Shown piece by piece: positions 52,031 through 64,000 of a stretch of 64,000 bases of DNA. The stretch is taken from NCBI GenBank assembly GCA_951406725.2, contig OX597820.1:4340001-4404000 (forward strand), written 5' to 3'. The first letter of the stretch is position 1; every line of letters starts with the position of its first letter. The position numbers and the translations under genes are program-made. A model generated the notes under the pieces. The model was not told where the DNA came from. It ran no database searches and worked only from the letters and a program-made list of their open reading frames with translations. The stretch comes from Octopus vulgaris (taxonomy: Eukaryota).

Positions 52031-52392
52031 TATTTCTGTGTGAATTAGAGGTTGAGAAACCAACCAAGGGATAGTACCTATCCAATATACTGCTGGTAGT
52101 AGTGTACCCAGTTATTCATATCCAAGTGCTAGTCATTGCGTGGCAATCTCACAATCGAGTGTTATATATGGGCAGGGGTAAAAAAGTGGTTTACCCTTAA
52201 TTTATACACCAAATAAGAAAACAGAGGGGATATAAAATTGACAGACATCAGCTGGTAAACATTCATGTATGTCTATTTATTCAGTTGTATTGGATGAATA
52301 CGCACACGTGCATGAGTAGACATGCTTGAATGCTTACTGGCTGGTCTCTGTTGATCTAATATACTCTCCATTTTCTTACTTATATACGTGTG

Positions 52393-52443
<51 letters not shown>

Positions 52444-52454
52444 GTATATATACA

Positions 52455-52636
52455 TATGCCGGTGGTACATGAAACACAACATTTGAGTGTGATTGTTGCC
52501 AGTGCTGCTGAACTGGTTCCAGTACAGGTGGCACATAAAAAACACCTTTTGAGCACGGTCGTTACCAGAACCGCCTGACTGGCTCTCATGCTGGTGGCAA
52601 GTAAAAACACCCACTACATTCTCAAGATGATGATGA

Positions 52637-52640
<4 letters not shown>
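52455..52640 (+). mobile_element. Degenerate RTE-family 3'UTR fragment
   Basis: 60-bp repeat variants, CACCCACTACA and (GAT)n. Confidence 0.6.
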
Positions 52641-52675
<35 letters not shown>

Positions 52676-52677
<2 letters not shown>

Positions 52678-53665
52678 CTGAAGTGTACAGTATTATATAT
52701 CCATCGTGGCTGATCTTACCAATCAGTTTTGCACTAAGGTTACAATGGAGTGTTAGGTAACAATCCAATTATGTAACTCTACACTCATCAGAGTTTGCTA
52801 ATATGGAATGAAATATGACAACTGTTCTTTATTGTTAGAGGTAAATGGACACATCCAGATTGTGGTTGCTATAGAAAGATGATGAAATGAAATGAGTAGG
52901 GGATTAAGTTAAGATTTATGTCTCTTGGTACCGAGACATCACTACTGGGTTGGTTATGCTTCAAGTCAGTAAAAGCTATCTTGAAATTTAAGTAGAAAAT
53001 GTGTGCATCTTTCAGGTTGATGTCCTTGTGGAAATTGGGTATGTGTAGTGGTTCTATGTGTATAACTTTTGCAGAGGGTGTAGGCATACATAACTGGTCA
53101 TTAGTGACTTCTCTTTCCATATTGATTAAGCTTGTGGGGTTTTATATGTGTATGCGGTGTGTGTAGGGGTACAATGTGTGGGGGAGAGTTTATATTAGGG
53201 TGGTGGCAAAACAGTCTATTTGGTAGGTGTCTGCTGTGTTGGGGCATGCATGTTTGAATGTAGGTGCGTTAGTGAACGCTCTGGGCAAACTCTTTGCCGA
53301 ACTCCAGAGAGCCAAGGCTGGGGGACTGGTGATTGTAGTCATGATGAAGCACGTAGGTATGATAGGATATACTTCCTTTCATGTGGGCAAGGATTAAACA
53401 CTTCACTCCTGCCATTCAGGTAAATATCCAGGCATCGGGGACCCTTTAAAATTGCTCTCTTCTCAGCCAGACACAGTCTGCACTTACTGCTGCCATTAAA
53501 GTATGGTTTACATTTCTCCAGGATCTTCCACTTTATGCTGGAATCTGCGGCGCCTTCTTTCAAAGACCAAATGTACTTGGCTAGGGTTGTGGAGTTGCGT
53601 CTCTCTGGGATGTTGAAGAAGGACTTGTGGTTGTTAAAACGGTTTCTGAAGGGGCCTTCAGGTTT
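52676..53665 (-). mobile_element. Penelope-like element 3' part: GIY-YIG endonuclease C-terminus (53339-53665) plus 3' region/pLTR with a decayed hammerhead; flanked by (TA)n
   Basis: FRNRFNNHKSFF...STTLAKYIWSLK...IKWKILEKCKPY....KCRLCLAEK...LNGRSEVFNPCPH is typical of the PLE GIY-YIG C-terminus. The minus strand has CTGATGAG...AAAACTGATTGGTA at 52713-52794. Confidence 0.85.
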
Positions 53666-53718
53666 CCACACATACTTTTGCTCGTGTCTATATATATATA
53701 TATATATATATTCTATAG

Positions 53719-53791
<73 letters not shown>

Positions 53792-55666
53792 TAATAAATA
53801 AAATAAAACATATGCATGTATACATACAGATATGTACGTACCTACCTCTACATGTATATATACATGCATATATGGGTACAGGACACCAAAAAACGTCGAA
53901 CACAATGAGAAACGAAAACATAAACACAAAACCAAGGAACTGGACATTTTTCTTAAACAACGAAAAAATAGAGTACAGGACATACAAAACTAGGAAAATT
54001 CCCCTTCTTCAGTCGCCTTTGTTTCATCTACTCCACATTTCGAAGGTCAAGGCGAGACACGGCTTTAATGAAACATTCTTTCCCGCGAAAAGCAAATTAA
54101 ATAAAATTTGAGATTTTTTTGCGGAGGGGTAAAAATGGTAACAAAAACAGGACAGTAACGACAGTACAAAATATAAACAGTAAAAGACAGGACAAGGAGA
54201 ATAACAGTAACACACACATGTTATATATCAATACCAATAAAGAGAGATGATAAAATATGTTAAACTATTCCTGTTATCATCAGATGTCACAGACCTCACA
54301 GAGTATGGAAGACTGTTTGTACTGACATGTGTGTTGCCTTCACCACCAGCACCACCACCAGTACCAACACCACCACCACCAGCACCGCATTTTATGTGTG
54401 TGTTGGGTTAAATACCATGCCTGATCCCATCTCTAATCAATATATAGATACCTATTTGACTTAGTCATATCTTGGGTAACAGCAGGTGATCGTTGTTCTG
54501 ATGGTCACTTGGATGAGGTGGGTGGACACAGAGATATCGTAAACAGGTCAATATTTGGGACACATCAACCAAGACTTGACTCTATCTCTCCTCACATGTA
54601 GAAGCGCTGAAGACATTCAGTGTCTCTCCCTGCAACAACACAGACAGTTGTGGGTGTGTCTTTGCATGTGGGAGTGGGTGGCTGTGGTGTGGGGAAACTA
54701 GGTGCTTCCTCTCACCACCACCACCACCACCACCACCACCACTACTACTACTACTACTCTGACAGATATTAAAATGTCAAACTGAGAAAATTTTTTGTGT
54801 AGAAACAGAGAACTATTGTTGCTGTTGTTGTTGTAGTTTTGAGAGTGGTGGTGGTGGTGGGGGGGGGATAGAAGGGAATATTTTACATACCTATGACCAC
54901 TGTCAGTCAGTAAGTAGGAGAAAGGGAGGTGTGTGTGCGTGCGTGCGCATGTGTGTGTGTGTGGACTAATATTTAGGGGTGTGTGGGTGGTGTGTGGGCA
55001 GGGCACGGGTGGCTGTACTGTTGTTAATTAATCAATATGGAATTCACACAAATGCAAACAATGCCCCCCCCCCCCCCATCACACACACACCACAAACACC
55101 ACTGCTGCTGCCACAGCCACCACCACCACCACCACCACCACCACCATATCACAGCTACCAAACCACCAACCACTGCGTGCTACTGTACTAATTATTAATC
55201 ACACCGAACCTCAGTGTGCACTGTACTAATTACAGGTACAACTTCTTACTCTGTTCACCTCATCACAACACTGGCCACCACCACCACCACCACCACCACC
55301 ACCACCACCACCACCAACAACAACAACCACAACATCATACTGAATGACACGATTATCCGTTTTCCTATAAGCACACACATAAACACTCATTGCACCAATA
55401 CTCATAAATACACACACACATCTTTACATGCATGGGCACACACTTAAACGTGTCTTGTACAATAACACAAGGCTGACCAAGGCATTGCGAGTGAATTTTG
55501 CTGATGGAAACTGAAGGAAGCCTGTCATAGATCGTCATCATCCCTTAGCATCTGTCTTCTAAGCTGACAAAGGTTGGATGGTCTGATAAGGATTCGACAA
55601 CATCAGAGGGCTGCTTTGGCATGCTTTCTATGGCTGGCTGTCCAATGTCCTTTCTAAAATATATAT

Positions 55667-56476
55667 CATTGTCTAAATTACGCAAAAATGAAAATAACAC
55701 TGTCATCTCATTTTAACAGATATATTTACCAAAATTACATTAAAATATCCTGAAATACTAAAGAGTAAATCTATTCAATAAAATCGCCATTGGCTTCAGT
55801 CACGACCTCCAGACAACTTTGGAATCTCCTGCAATTCTTCTGGATGGTCTCCTTGTTTAAGTTGCTGAATGCTGCCATAATCCTTGCCTCCAGTACATCT
55901 TTGGTGTTACAAGGACTTTTGTTGATCCCTTGCTCAAATGTGTCCCACACATAATAATCAAGGGGGGGTTACAGTCTGGAGAGTTAGGTGGCCAGATGTT
56001 GGGGGTGATGTGGTCACAGAAATGGTCTGACAATCATGACTAGGTCCTCCTGCATGTGTGGCATGGTGCAGAGTCCTGTTGCCAGACGTAAGGTCTTCCA
56101 GAAGCCACCCTCTTCACCCAGGGCAGTACTGCCTCCTCCAGGCACTTGATCTAGGCCTCTGTGTTAAGTGTGAGGTGGCGTAGGAAGATGAATGGAGGCA
56201 TAATGTTGCCCTCACTAGTGATCCCTCCAAACACCATGATGTTGATTGGATGTTTGATTTTTATCACTCTTAGTTTATGTCCTCAAATTGACACCCAGTA
56301 CAGCATGTCATTTCCAAATTTCTGGCAGAGTAAATTGCAACATGGTGCTGTTTTCTTCACAGACAGTGCCCAACTGACCCTACTATACTGTGTAGTTGAT
56401 AAAATCAAAAACAAGCAAAGCGCATGCACGAAATTAAAAATATAAAATGGCAACAATTTACGCATCGCACCCAGTA
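55667..56476 (-). mobile_element. maT/DD37D-like defective element, close relative of 21521-22409
   Basis: Long near-identical reverse complement of the 21800-22385 region; terminal ACAATTTACGCATCGCACCCAG-TA. Confidence 0.85.
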
Positions 56477-57199
56477 TATAGCAAAACCTTAGACAGATGA
56501 GTATTAGGGAGGTGACTGGAAGTAGATGGGTGCACAGTGACAGAGTGGAAGGTCAGCAGTTTATAGGGGTATCTACAGTGGGTAATAAAGAAAGGGGTGT
56601 GAGGCTGTTGTTGGCAGATTTGAGAGGGTATCCAGAGGAAGGGACTTTCAGTGGAAAGTAATGAGGTAAAGAACGTGGATTGGTGATAAAGGAAGTGACT
56701 GCAAAGAGAAAGGTAACTGATAGCATAAAAGGGGGATGAAATATGTACAGTGCTGATCTGATAACAGCAGCTGAGGAAATGATGCCATAGTTAGTAGAGT
56801 GATGGAAGGATGGATATTAAGAAGATGAATTGTAGGGGGAGGTTTGACAAGGACAGAGAGGGTGTAGACATAAATGATGTGCTTTTAGGACCTCATTCTC
56901 TGCTGAAATAAACGGGTCTCCTTAAGCACAGCAAACCATCCATCATTTTGATCCTTCTTTTTATCTCCTCTGTGTGGTTGAACGTCCTGGGTGGTTGGTG
57001 GTTGCAGTCAGGGCATCCCAGCCATCACTTCTTAGGAGCATTCTTTCTCCTGTGATTGCTGTCAACAGTTGTGGCTGGTTGTTATATTCTTTGAGAAACT
57101 CAGCATCCTGAGATCGCTTTTCACTCCATTATCCCACATCGTTCCTCTTCTGCAGGAACCGTTCCCTCCAAACATTCAACACTTCCATAAGCAACTGCC

Positions 57200-57300
57200 A
57201 CCATTGACAAGCTCATACCACATCCAACATGTCCACACCAATGCAGTCTTCTCTCTTGCAAACCACACCCAATTCCTCTTGTATGCAGGTTCTCTTTCGG
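57200..57300 (-). mobile_element. Small degenerate RTE ORF fragment
   Basis: LHTRGIGCGLQERRLHWCGHV matches [21 protein letters not shown] of the array copies. Confidence 0.65.
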
Positions 57301-57569
57301 TTCATTTCCATTTGCATCATTAATGCCCGATGACATCACACACGTCTTTTATCTTTGACTTGTTTTAATCATTAGACTGTGGCCATGCTGGAGTACCACT
57401 CTGAAGAGTTTTTAGTCAAACAAATTGACACCAGTACATTTGTTTAAAGCCTGGTACATATTCTATCAGTCTCTTTTGCTGAACTGGGAAGTTACAGGGA
57501 TATAAACACACCAACAGTTGTCAAGCACTGAGGGGAGGGGGACAAACACAAACACACACACATACATAA

Positions 57570-57607
<38 letters not shown>

Positions 57608-57610
<3 letters not shown>

Positions 57611-58503
57611 TGAAGTTTTCCTGTCTTGTTGTTAAAAGCACAAAACAAATAGTAAATAAACAGTCAACAACTGAGGAGGAGTTAAACTTCTTTGGGTTTT
57701 TCATCCTGTACTTGTCTCTCGTTATGTGTTTACGCGTTTTTCGCTCATTAACGATGTCCTGTACTTAATGTGTATTCTTTCATTTTTATTGAATAATCAA
57801 ACACCGCACAGCCTTTGTCAGCAATAAGTTTTTACATTTATATAAAGATTTCTGTGACTCTGTTTTCTTTTTCTCTCTCTCTCTACCCCTCTATAATCCT
57901 ATATACTTCTTTTTCTCCTCCTCCTTTGCTGTCCCCATCTGTCTTTCTTTCCCTCTACCTTCTCTTCACACCCTTTCTTACCCTCATCCTCTTGTCTCCT
58001 GTCTCCTTTGCCTGTTGCTCATACCTAACTACAGGCCATTTTTCTCATCCCCCTGTCCTTTCTGAATGGGATGTCCAGCTAGCCAGACGTCATTTCTCTC
58101 GTCTCTCGATATCTTTTTTCTTTACTATTTTTTCTCTTCTTTTTATTCTATATCCTTTCAAAGTTTCTCCCAGGCATTACCCATTAGAATTTATCTCAGC
58201 CTAACAGCCCTAAACGTCTGTCTTCATCAATCATTTCCATGCTTCCACTATGGTGTTGTTTGTTTGTTCAAAGACCTAACTTTCCGAAAATTTTATATTC
58301 TTAAAATTTCTGGATGTTGCTGTCTTATGAAGTTTCCCTGTCTTGTTAAAAGCACAAAACAGTTAGTAACAAGCAGTCAACAACTGAGGAGGAGTTGGGT
58401 TTCTTTCGGCATTTTGTCCTCAACTTGTCTCTCATGTGTTTACATATTTTTCGCTCGTTAGTGATGTCCTGTACTTAATGTTTTGTTTTTCATTTTTATA
58501 TAA
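57608..58503 (+). mobile_element. Element with ~180-bp direct repeats (57608-57790 and 58325-58503) flanking a pyrimidine-rich spacer; pLTR or retrozyme-like
   Basis: ATGAAGTTT.CCTGTCTTGTT...AAAAGCACAAAACA..TAGTAA...CAGTCAACAACTGAGGAGGAGTT...GATGTCCTGTACTTAATGT occurs in both repeats; the left end lies in (TA)n. Confidence 0.55.
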
Positions 58504-58597
58504 ATAGATATATACATAACAGGTTTCTTTCAGTTTCCGTCTTCTAAATCCACTCGCAAGGCTTTGGGACTAAACCAGGAACCATGTAGTTAGAAAG

Positions 58598-59188
58598 GCA
58601 GCGAGCTGGCAGAAAAGTTACCACGCCGGGTGAAATGCGTAGCCGTATTTCGTCTGCCGTTACGTTCTGAGTTAAAATTCCGCCAAGGTCGACTTTGCCT
58701 TTCATTCTTTCGGGGTCAATTAAATAAGTACCAGTTATGCACTGGGGTCGATGTAATCGACTTAATCCATTTGTCTGTCCTTGTTTGTCCTCTCTGTGTT
58801 TAGCCCCTTGTGGGTAGTAAAGAAATAGGTATTTCGTTTGCCGTTATGCTCTGAGTTCAAATTCCGCCGAGGTCGACTTTGCCTTTCATCCTTTCGGGGT
58901 CGATTAAATAAGTACCAGTTACACACTGGGGTCGATGTAATCGACATAATCCGTTTGTCAGTCTTTGTTTGACCTCTCTGTGTTTAGCCTCTTGTGGGTA
59001 GTAAAGAAATAGGTATTTTGTTTGCCGTTACGCTCTGAGTTCAAATTCCGCTGAGGTCGACTTTGCCTTTCATCCTTTCGGGGTCGATTAAATAAGTACC
59101 AGTTACACACTGGTGTAATCGACGTAATCCATTCGTCTGTCCTTGTTTGTCCTCTCTGTGCTTAGCCCCTTGTGGGTAGTAAAGAAAT
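58598..59188 (+). mobile_element. SINE-B with a triplicated ~184-bp body, inserted into a minus-strand SINE-A with a ~21-bp TSD
   Basis: AGGAACCATGTAGTTAGAAAG at 58577-58597 and 59189-59209; body repeats start at ~58644, 58828 and 59012. Confidence 0.88.
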
Positions 59189-59736
59189 AGGAACCATGTA
59201 GTTAGAAAGCAAGTGTCTTACCATACAACCAAACCTGAACTTTGATGTTTAGATTTTCTATCAAACATTTCAATCAGTCTGCTCTCTCACCATCCTCAGG
59301 TGTATCATCCTGACACACTAACCTGTTAATGGCAAAATTAACTCAGAGAATATTTGATAATATTTCTGATTTAATCTGATCTACTGATTACTTCCCACCC
59401 GCTATCCTCGGTGAATCTTTCCTAGAGAAGCAAACATCACATTATCAATAAAATTGCTAGAAACAACAGTTAAATCTCTTACATATCATACTATAACATT
59501 TAAAAATTGGAACGACACATTATCTAAATGTAGTTCTAGATATTAGTAGCTTAGAAAAAAGAAAACAGGCTGATGGTCATGGTTGGACTGTTTCTGATCA
59601 TTGATCTGGTTCAGATGTCAGGAACCTCCTTTCCATCTGACATATCTGTCTGCTACCCTCTCTCTCTCTCTTTCTATATATGTGTGTGTTAATGTATATA
59701 TATATGTGTATGTATATATGTACTTATATATATACA

Positions 59737-59776
<40 letters not shown>

Positions 59777-60439
59777 GTTTACGAACAACCTTCTCCCTTG
59801 GCTTATTCCTTCCTTGTACCAGCAACATGTCTTCTCTCACACACTGTGTAATTGCTGCGGTCCTCCCCCTTCCCCCCGCTCCTCCCATTCTTTACCTGTC
59901 TCCATACTCCCGCCCACACTCCGACCTTCCTAACTGCTACCACTGTCACAACCTCATTGTTTCACCACAATGAAACAAACTTCCTACATTTTCTGATGTC
60001 ATTCAAACATTCTGATGGCCTACAGCTTTGTCCTAATTTCAATTTATTCCATAAATACCTGAAAAATAGTTTGTTGCTCTGAATGACATCACGCAAATAC
60101 CAAAGAGATAGGGTTATATATATACACACTTACATATACATACCTGCATTCATATATGTGTACACATACATATATGCATATACAACACCCATGTGTGGGC
60201 GGGTGTTGTATGTCTGTCTACTGCCTATCAATCTATCTGTATAATACATTCTATCAGTCTCTTTTGCTGAACTGGGAAGTTACAGGGATATAAACACACC
60301 AACAGTTGTGTCAAGACACCAATATATTATTATTGTTCCTGAAGGCATTTTTAAACCTACCATGGACTGCTTGAAGCTTACGAATTTCCTACACTTAGAT
60401 CCTTGGATCTTATAATTACATATTGATATATATATATAT

Positions 60440-61230
60440 ATCATCATTATTGTTTAACGTCCGCTTTCCATGCTGGCATGGGTTGGACGATTTGGCTGAG
60501 GACTGGCGAACCAGATGGCTGCACCAGGCTCCAATCTGATCTGGCAGAGCTTCTACATCTGGATGCCCTTCCTAATGCCAACCACTCCAAGAGTGTAGTA
60601 GGTGCTTTTACATGCCACTGGCATGAGGGCCAGTTTGGTGGTACTGGCAACGGCCACGCCCAAATGGTGCTTTTTTACATGCCACCTGCACAGGAGCCAG
60701 TCCAGCGGCACTGGCAACGACCTCGCTCGAATGTTTTGTTCATGTGCCAGTAAGGCGATGCTGGTAACGATCACACTCAAATGGTGCTTTTTATGTGCCA
60801 CTGGCATGGAAGCCAGACAGCTGCTCTGGCAGTGATCCCACGCGGATCGATCTGTTAGCGCTCCACTGGCACAGGTGCCAATCATCGAATTTGGTTCAAT
60901 TCCGATTTCACTTGCCCCAACAGGTCTTCACAAGCAGAGTTTAGTGTCCAGTGAAGGAAGGTTGGTATGGGTACCAGTCGTCAAATTTGGTTCAATTTCA
61001 AATTTATATATATATATATATAAATAAATCGAAGTTGAAATCAAACTCGGTGACTGGCATCCGTTGCTAGTGGAGCACTAAGAGTACCATTACGAGTGAG
61101 ATCGTTGCCAGAGCAACAAGCTGGCCTTCGTGCCGATGGCACGTTAAACACACCATTCGAGTGTGATCGTTACCGCGTCGCCTTACTAACACTTGTGCTG
61201 GTGGCACGTGAAACATTCGAGCGAGGCCGC
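60440..61230. mobile_element. RTE-family 3' end on the minus strand (60440-~60995, 4-5 repeat units) and an opposite-orientation 3'UTR fragment (~61025-61230)
   Basis: TTTAACGTCCGCTTTCCATGCTGGCATGGGTTGGACG; 60-bp repeats in both orientations around (TA)n. Confidence 0.75.
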
Positions 61231-62169
61231 TGGATCAATTTTCTTAATTGATCACTCAATTCAAGTTTGTTATTTTTTTACACAGCGGTGGTGCCCCAGC
61301 ATGGCCGTGGCCTTCGGGCTAAAACATTTTTAAGGATTTAAGGATACTTCTAATTCTAATTCTAGTAGTTTGTGTAATGAGTTTACTTAAACTTCTTAAA
61401 AGTATATTTAGATGCTTGTCTATGGTTTATCAGATTAAATTTTGAGATAAAAATTTGGTATATTTCCTCAACACAATTCCCAACATTTGCTTCCTCTGCA
61501 ATATGGTTTAGTTCTACTAATTACCTAATTACCTCCCAGCTTATTGTATTTTTCCTAATTATGTGTTTTTTGTGGTTTCTTGTAATTAAAACTCTGCTTC
61601 GAGTCCTGAGCTTCTCAACCATCTTTGGGATTTTACTTTATTTCTTGTCTGTTTAGCTTATCCCAATATCTGCCATGTAAAGCCTTTCCTTGCCATTTTT
61701 TTCTCCGGTTATTCCTGTTGTTCTAGTTTTGGTTTAGATTTCAGTTGCTTTACAGCTTTTGTGGTTTGCTCTTTTGCTTCGTGGCTGTCACGTACTATGA
61801 CCCCTTTTGAGTATTTTATGGTTTCTTTTAAGACAGGAAACAGTTCTTTCTTTTGATCATGCTTTGTGGTTATCTATACCAGTTTTCCTTGGTTTTTCAG
61901 CTGGGTACTTCTGTAATCCTATGGTGGATATTTTATAACAGTTTTCTTGTTGCATAAGGCCTCAACCACCTTCAATTCGTTGAATAAATAACCTTTCTAC
62001 GTCAGATTTTGGGTGGGGAAAACGGAATTCTGTCACTGCCACTGCCATTCATCAGTGTTTATGTTCAGTTTCAATTCCACCAAGGTCAATTCTAGCTTTC
62101 CATTCTTTTGGGGTTAATGAAATAAATATCAGTTGAACACTAGATTCGATGTAATTAATTTGCCCCCCC

Positions 62170-63085
62170 CCTCTTGTTCTTAACAGTCATCCAGGCAATA
62201 ACAGAGGAATTTAAGACAGGCTGCCCCAGGGAGCTCCTCTATGCTGATGACTTTGCTATTATAGCTGAATCACTACCTGAATTAAAGAAAAAGTTCCAAG
62301 TATAGAAGCAAGGTCTAGAATCAAAGCGCCTTAGAGTTAACCTAGCAAAAACCAAAGTCTTAGTAAGTAGGAAGACAGACAAATAACAAATCCCTTCAGG
62401 TTGATGGCCCTGCTTGATCTGTAGAAAAGGCATAGGAAGAAACTCCATAAGATGCACCTGGTGTAAGCTTTGGACAGAGAAACTAACTTTTGTATGTGGA
62501 AGGTGCACGAGCATAATAAATGCTGAACATGTGTGGAAAATAGACTCCACCAACTGCCAGGGGGCAAACTAGAGGTAGTAGATAGCTTCTGGTATCTAGG
62601 TGACCAGGTTAGTAGTGGAGATGGATGCTCTGAGAGTGTAGCTGTGAGAATAAGATTAGGCTGGGCAAAGTTCAGAGAGCTCCTTCCCCTGCTGGTAACA
62701 AAGGGCCTCTCTCTCAGAGTGAAAAGCAAATTGTTTGATGCCTGTGTGTGAATAGCTATGCTACATGGCAGTGACAGCTGAGGGCATTCATAGGCTTGAG
62801 AGGGATGAAGCCAGTATGCTTTGCTGGATGTGCAATGTCAGTGTGGATGCACAACAAAGTGTAAGCATCTTGAGAGAAAAGTTGGGCATAAGAGGCATCA
62901 GATGTGGTGTGCAAGAGAGACAACTGTGCTGGTATGGTCACGTGATGCATATGGACGAGGACAGCTGTGTAAAGAAGTGCCAATCTCTAACTGTGGAGGG
63001 AACTTGTGGTAGAGGTAGATCCAGGAACACATAGGACGAAGTAGTGAGAAAGGATCTTTAGACGTTGGGCCTCACAGACCGAACA
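62170..63085 (+). mobile_element. Decayed RTE reverse-transcriptase fragment, same family as the array copies, including the catalytic YADD
   Basis: PLLFLTVIQAITEEFKTGCPRELLYADDFAIIAES...LRVNLAKTKVL...[13 protein letters not shown]...[11 protein letters not shown]...LCWYGHV...GRGRSR, with stops and frameshifts; degenerate 3' end with (GAT)n at ~63250-63400. Confidence 0.9.
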
Positions 63086-63427
63086 GAACTTCTGGTTGTT
63101 TGAGAAAATATGTCAAGCTAAGTAAAACTGTGGTGGCCCTTGTATACAGGGACCCTACATCCTGCTTCAGGTGTGTGAGTCAGATCTTGCAGGCTGGTGG
63201 GTGCTGGTGCCACATACATGCACCTGTGCTGATGCAGCCAACACACTCTGAGGGAGCTGTAGAAAGCATGTGGAAACAGACATGGAACCCAGGCAGCCCC
63301 TCTGCAGGCCAACCCCTATCAAACTGTGCAAACCATGCCAGCATGGGAAATGGATGTTAGATGATGATGATGATGATAATGGTAGTGGTGATGGTGATGA
63401 TATATATATATATATATATATAAATCA

Positions 63428-63826
63428 GGGAGGTGAGTTGGCAGAATCGTTAGCATGCCAGGCGAAATGTTTAGCAGTATTTGTCTGCCGTTATGTTCTG
63501 AGTCGAATTTCCGCCGAGGTCGACTTTGCCTTTCATCCTTTTGGGGTCGATAAATTAAGTACCAGTTACGCACTGGGGTCGATATAATCGACTTAATCCG
63601 TGTGTCCTCTCTGTGTTTAGCCCCTTGTGGGTAGTAAAGAAATAGGTATTTCGTCTGTGTTTACGTTCTGAGTTGAAATTCTGCTGAGGTTGACTTTGCC
63701 TTTCATCCTTTCGGGGTCGATTAAATCAAGTACCAGTTACGCACTGGGGTCAATGTAATCGACTTAATCCCTTTATCTGTCCTTGTTTGTCCCCTCTGTG
63801 GTTAGCCGCTGTGGACAATAAAGAAA
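63428..63826 (+). mobile_element. SINE-B with a duplicated body (dimer)
   Basis: GGTGAGTTGGCAGAATCGTTAGC head; GTCGACTTTGCCTTTCATCCTTT.GGGGTCGA occurs twice. Confidence 0.85.
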
Positions 63827-64000
63827 TATATATACATTGAAATACAACAAAGCATTTACTATGGCGTGACTGTTTATATTCAACAGAGCAAAATATTTTC
63901 TATAATTTTTACAAGTTTGACTGGTCTTGAAGTGTTTGACATTTTAAGAGCTATTTCAGTTGGTTAAAAGTGCATATATAATATACATACACACATATAT

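Overview
Eukaryotic, repeat-dominated non-coding DNA with no recognisable intact host gene. The repeat content (very long (TA)n/(CA)n/(TAA)n/(CAT)n microsatellites, RTE-clade LINEs with (GAT)n tails, several tRNA-derived SINE families) looks like a coleoid cephalopod, probably Octopus; this is inference. Bases 1-13290 are a near-identical tandem array of a ~2.29-kb composite unit (5 full copies plus 1 partial). Each unit carries an RTE reverse-transcriptase 3' fragment and a ~580-bp fold-back. The rest is a mosaic of RTE, CR1, R4/Dong-like and Penelope-like retroelement remnants, mariner, maT, pogo and hAT DNA-transposon remnants, Helitron/Helentron-like ends, SINEs and minisatellites. The least obvious signal is a set of hammerhead-ribozyme-like motifs (CUGANGA...GAAAC...GUH, palindromic stem III) in short inverted or direct repeats lying in or beside (TA)n tracts, consistent with Penelope pLTR or retrozyme-type elements. 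Almost all long ORFs in the track are microsatellite or minisatellite artefacts. All calls were made by eye and element boundaries are approximate.
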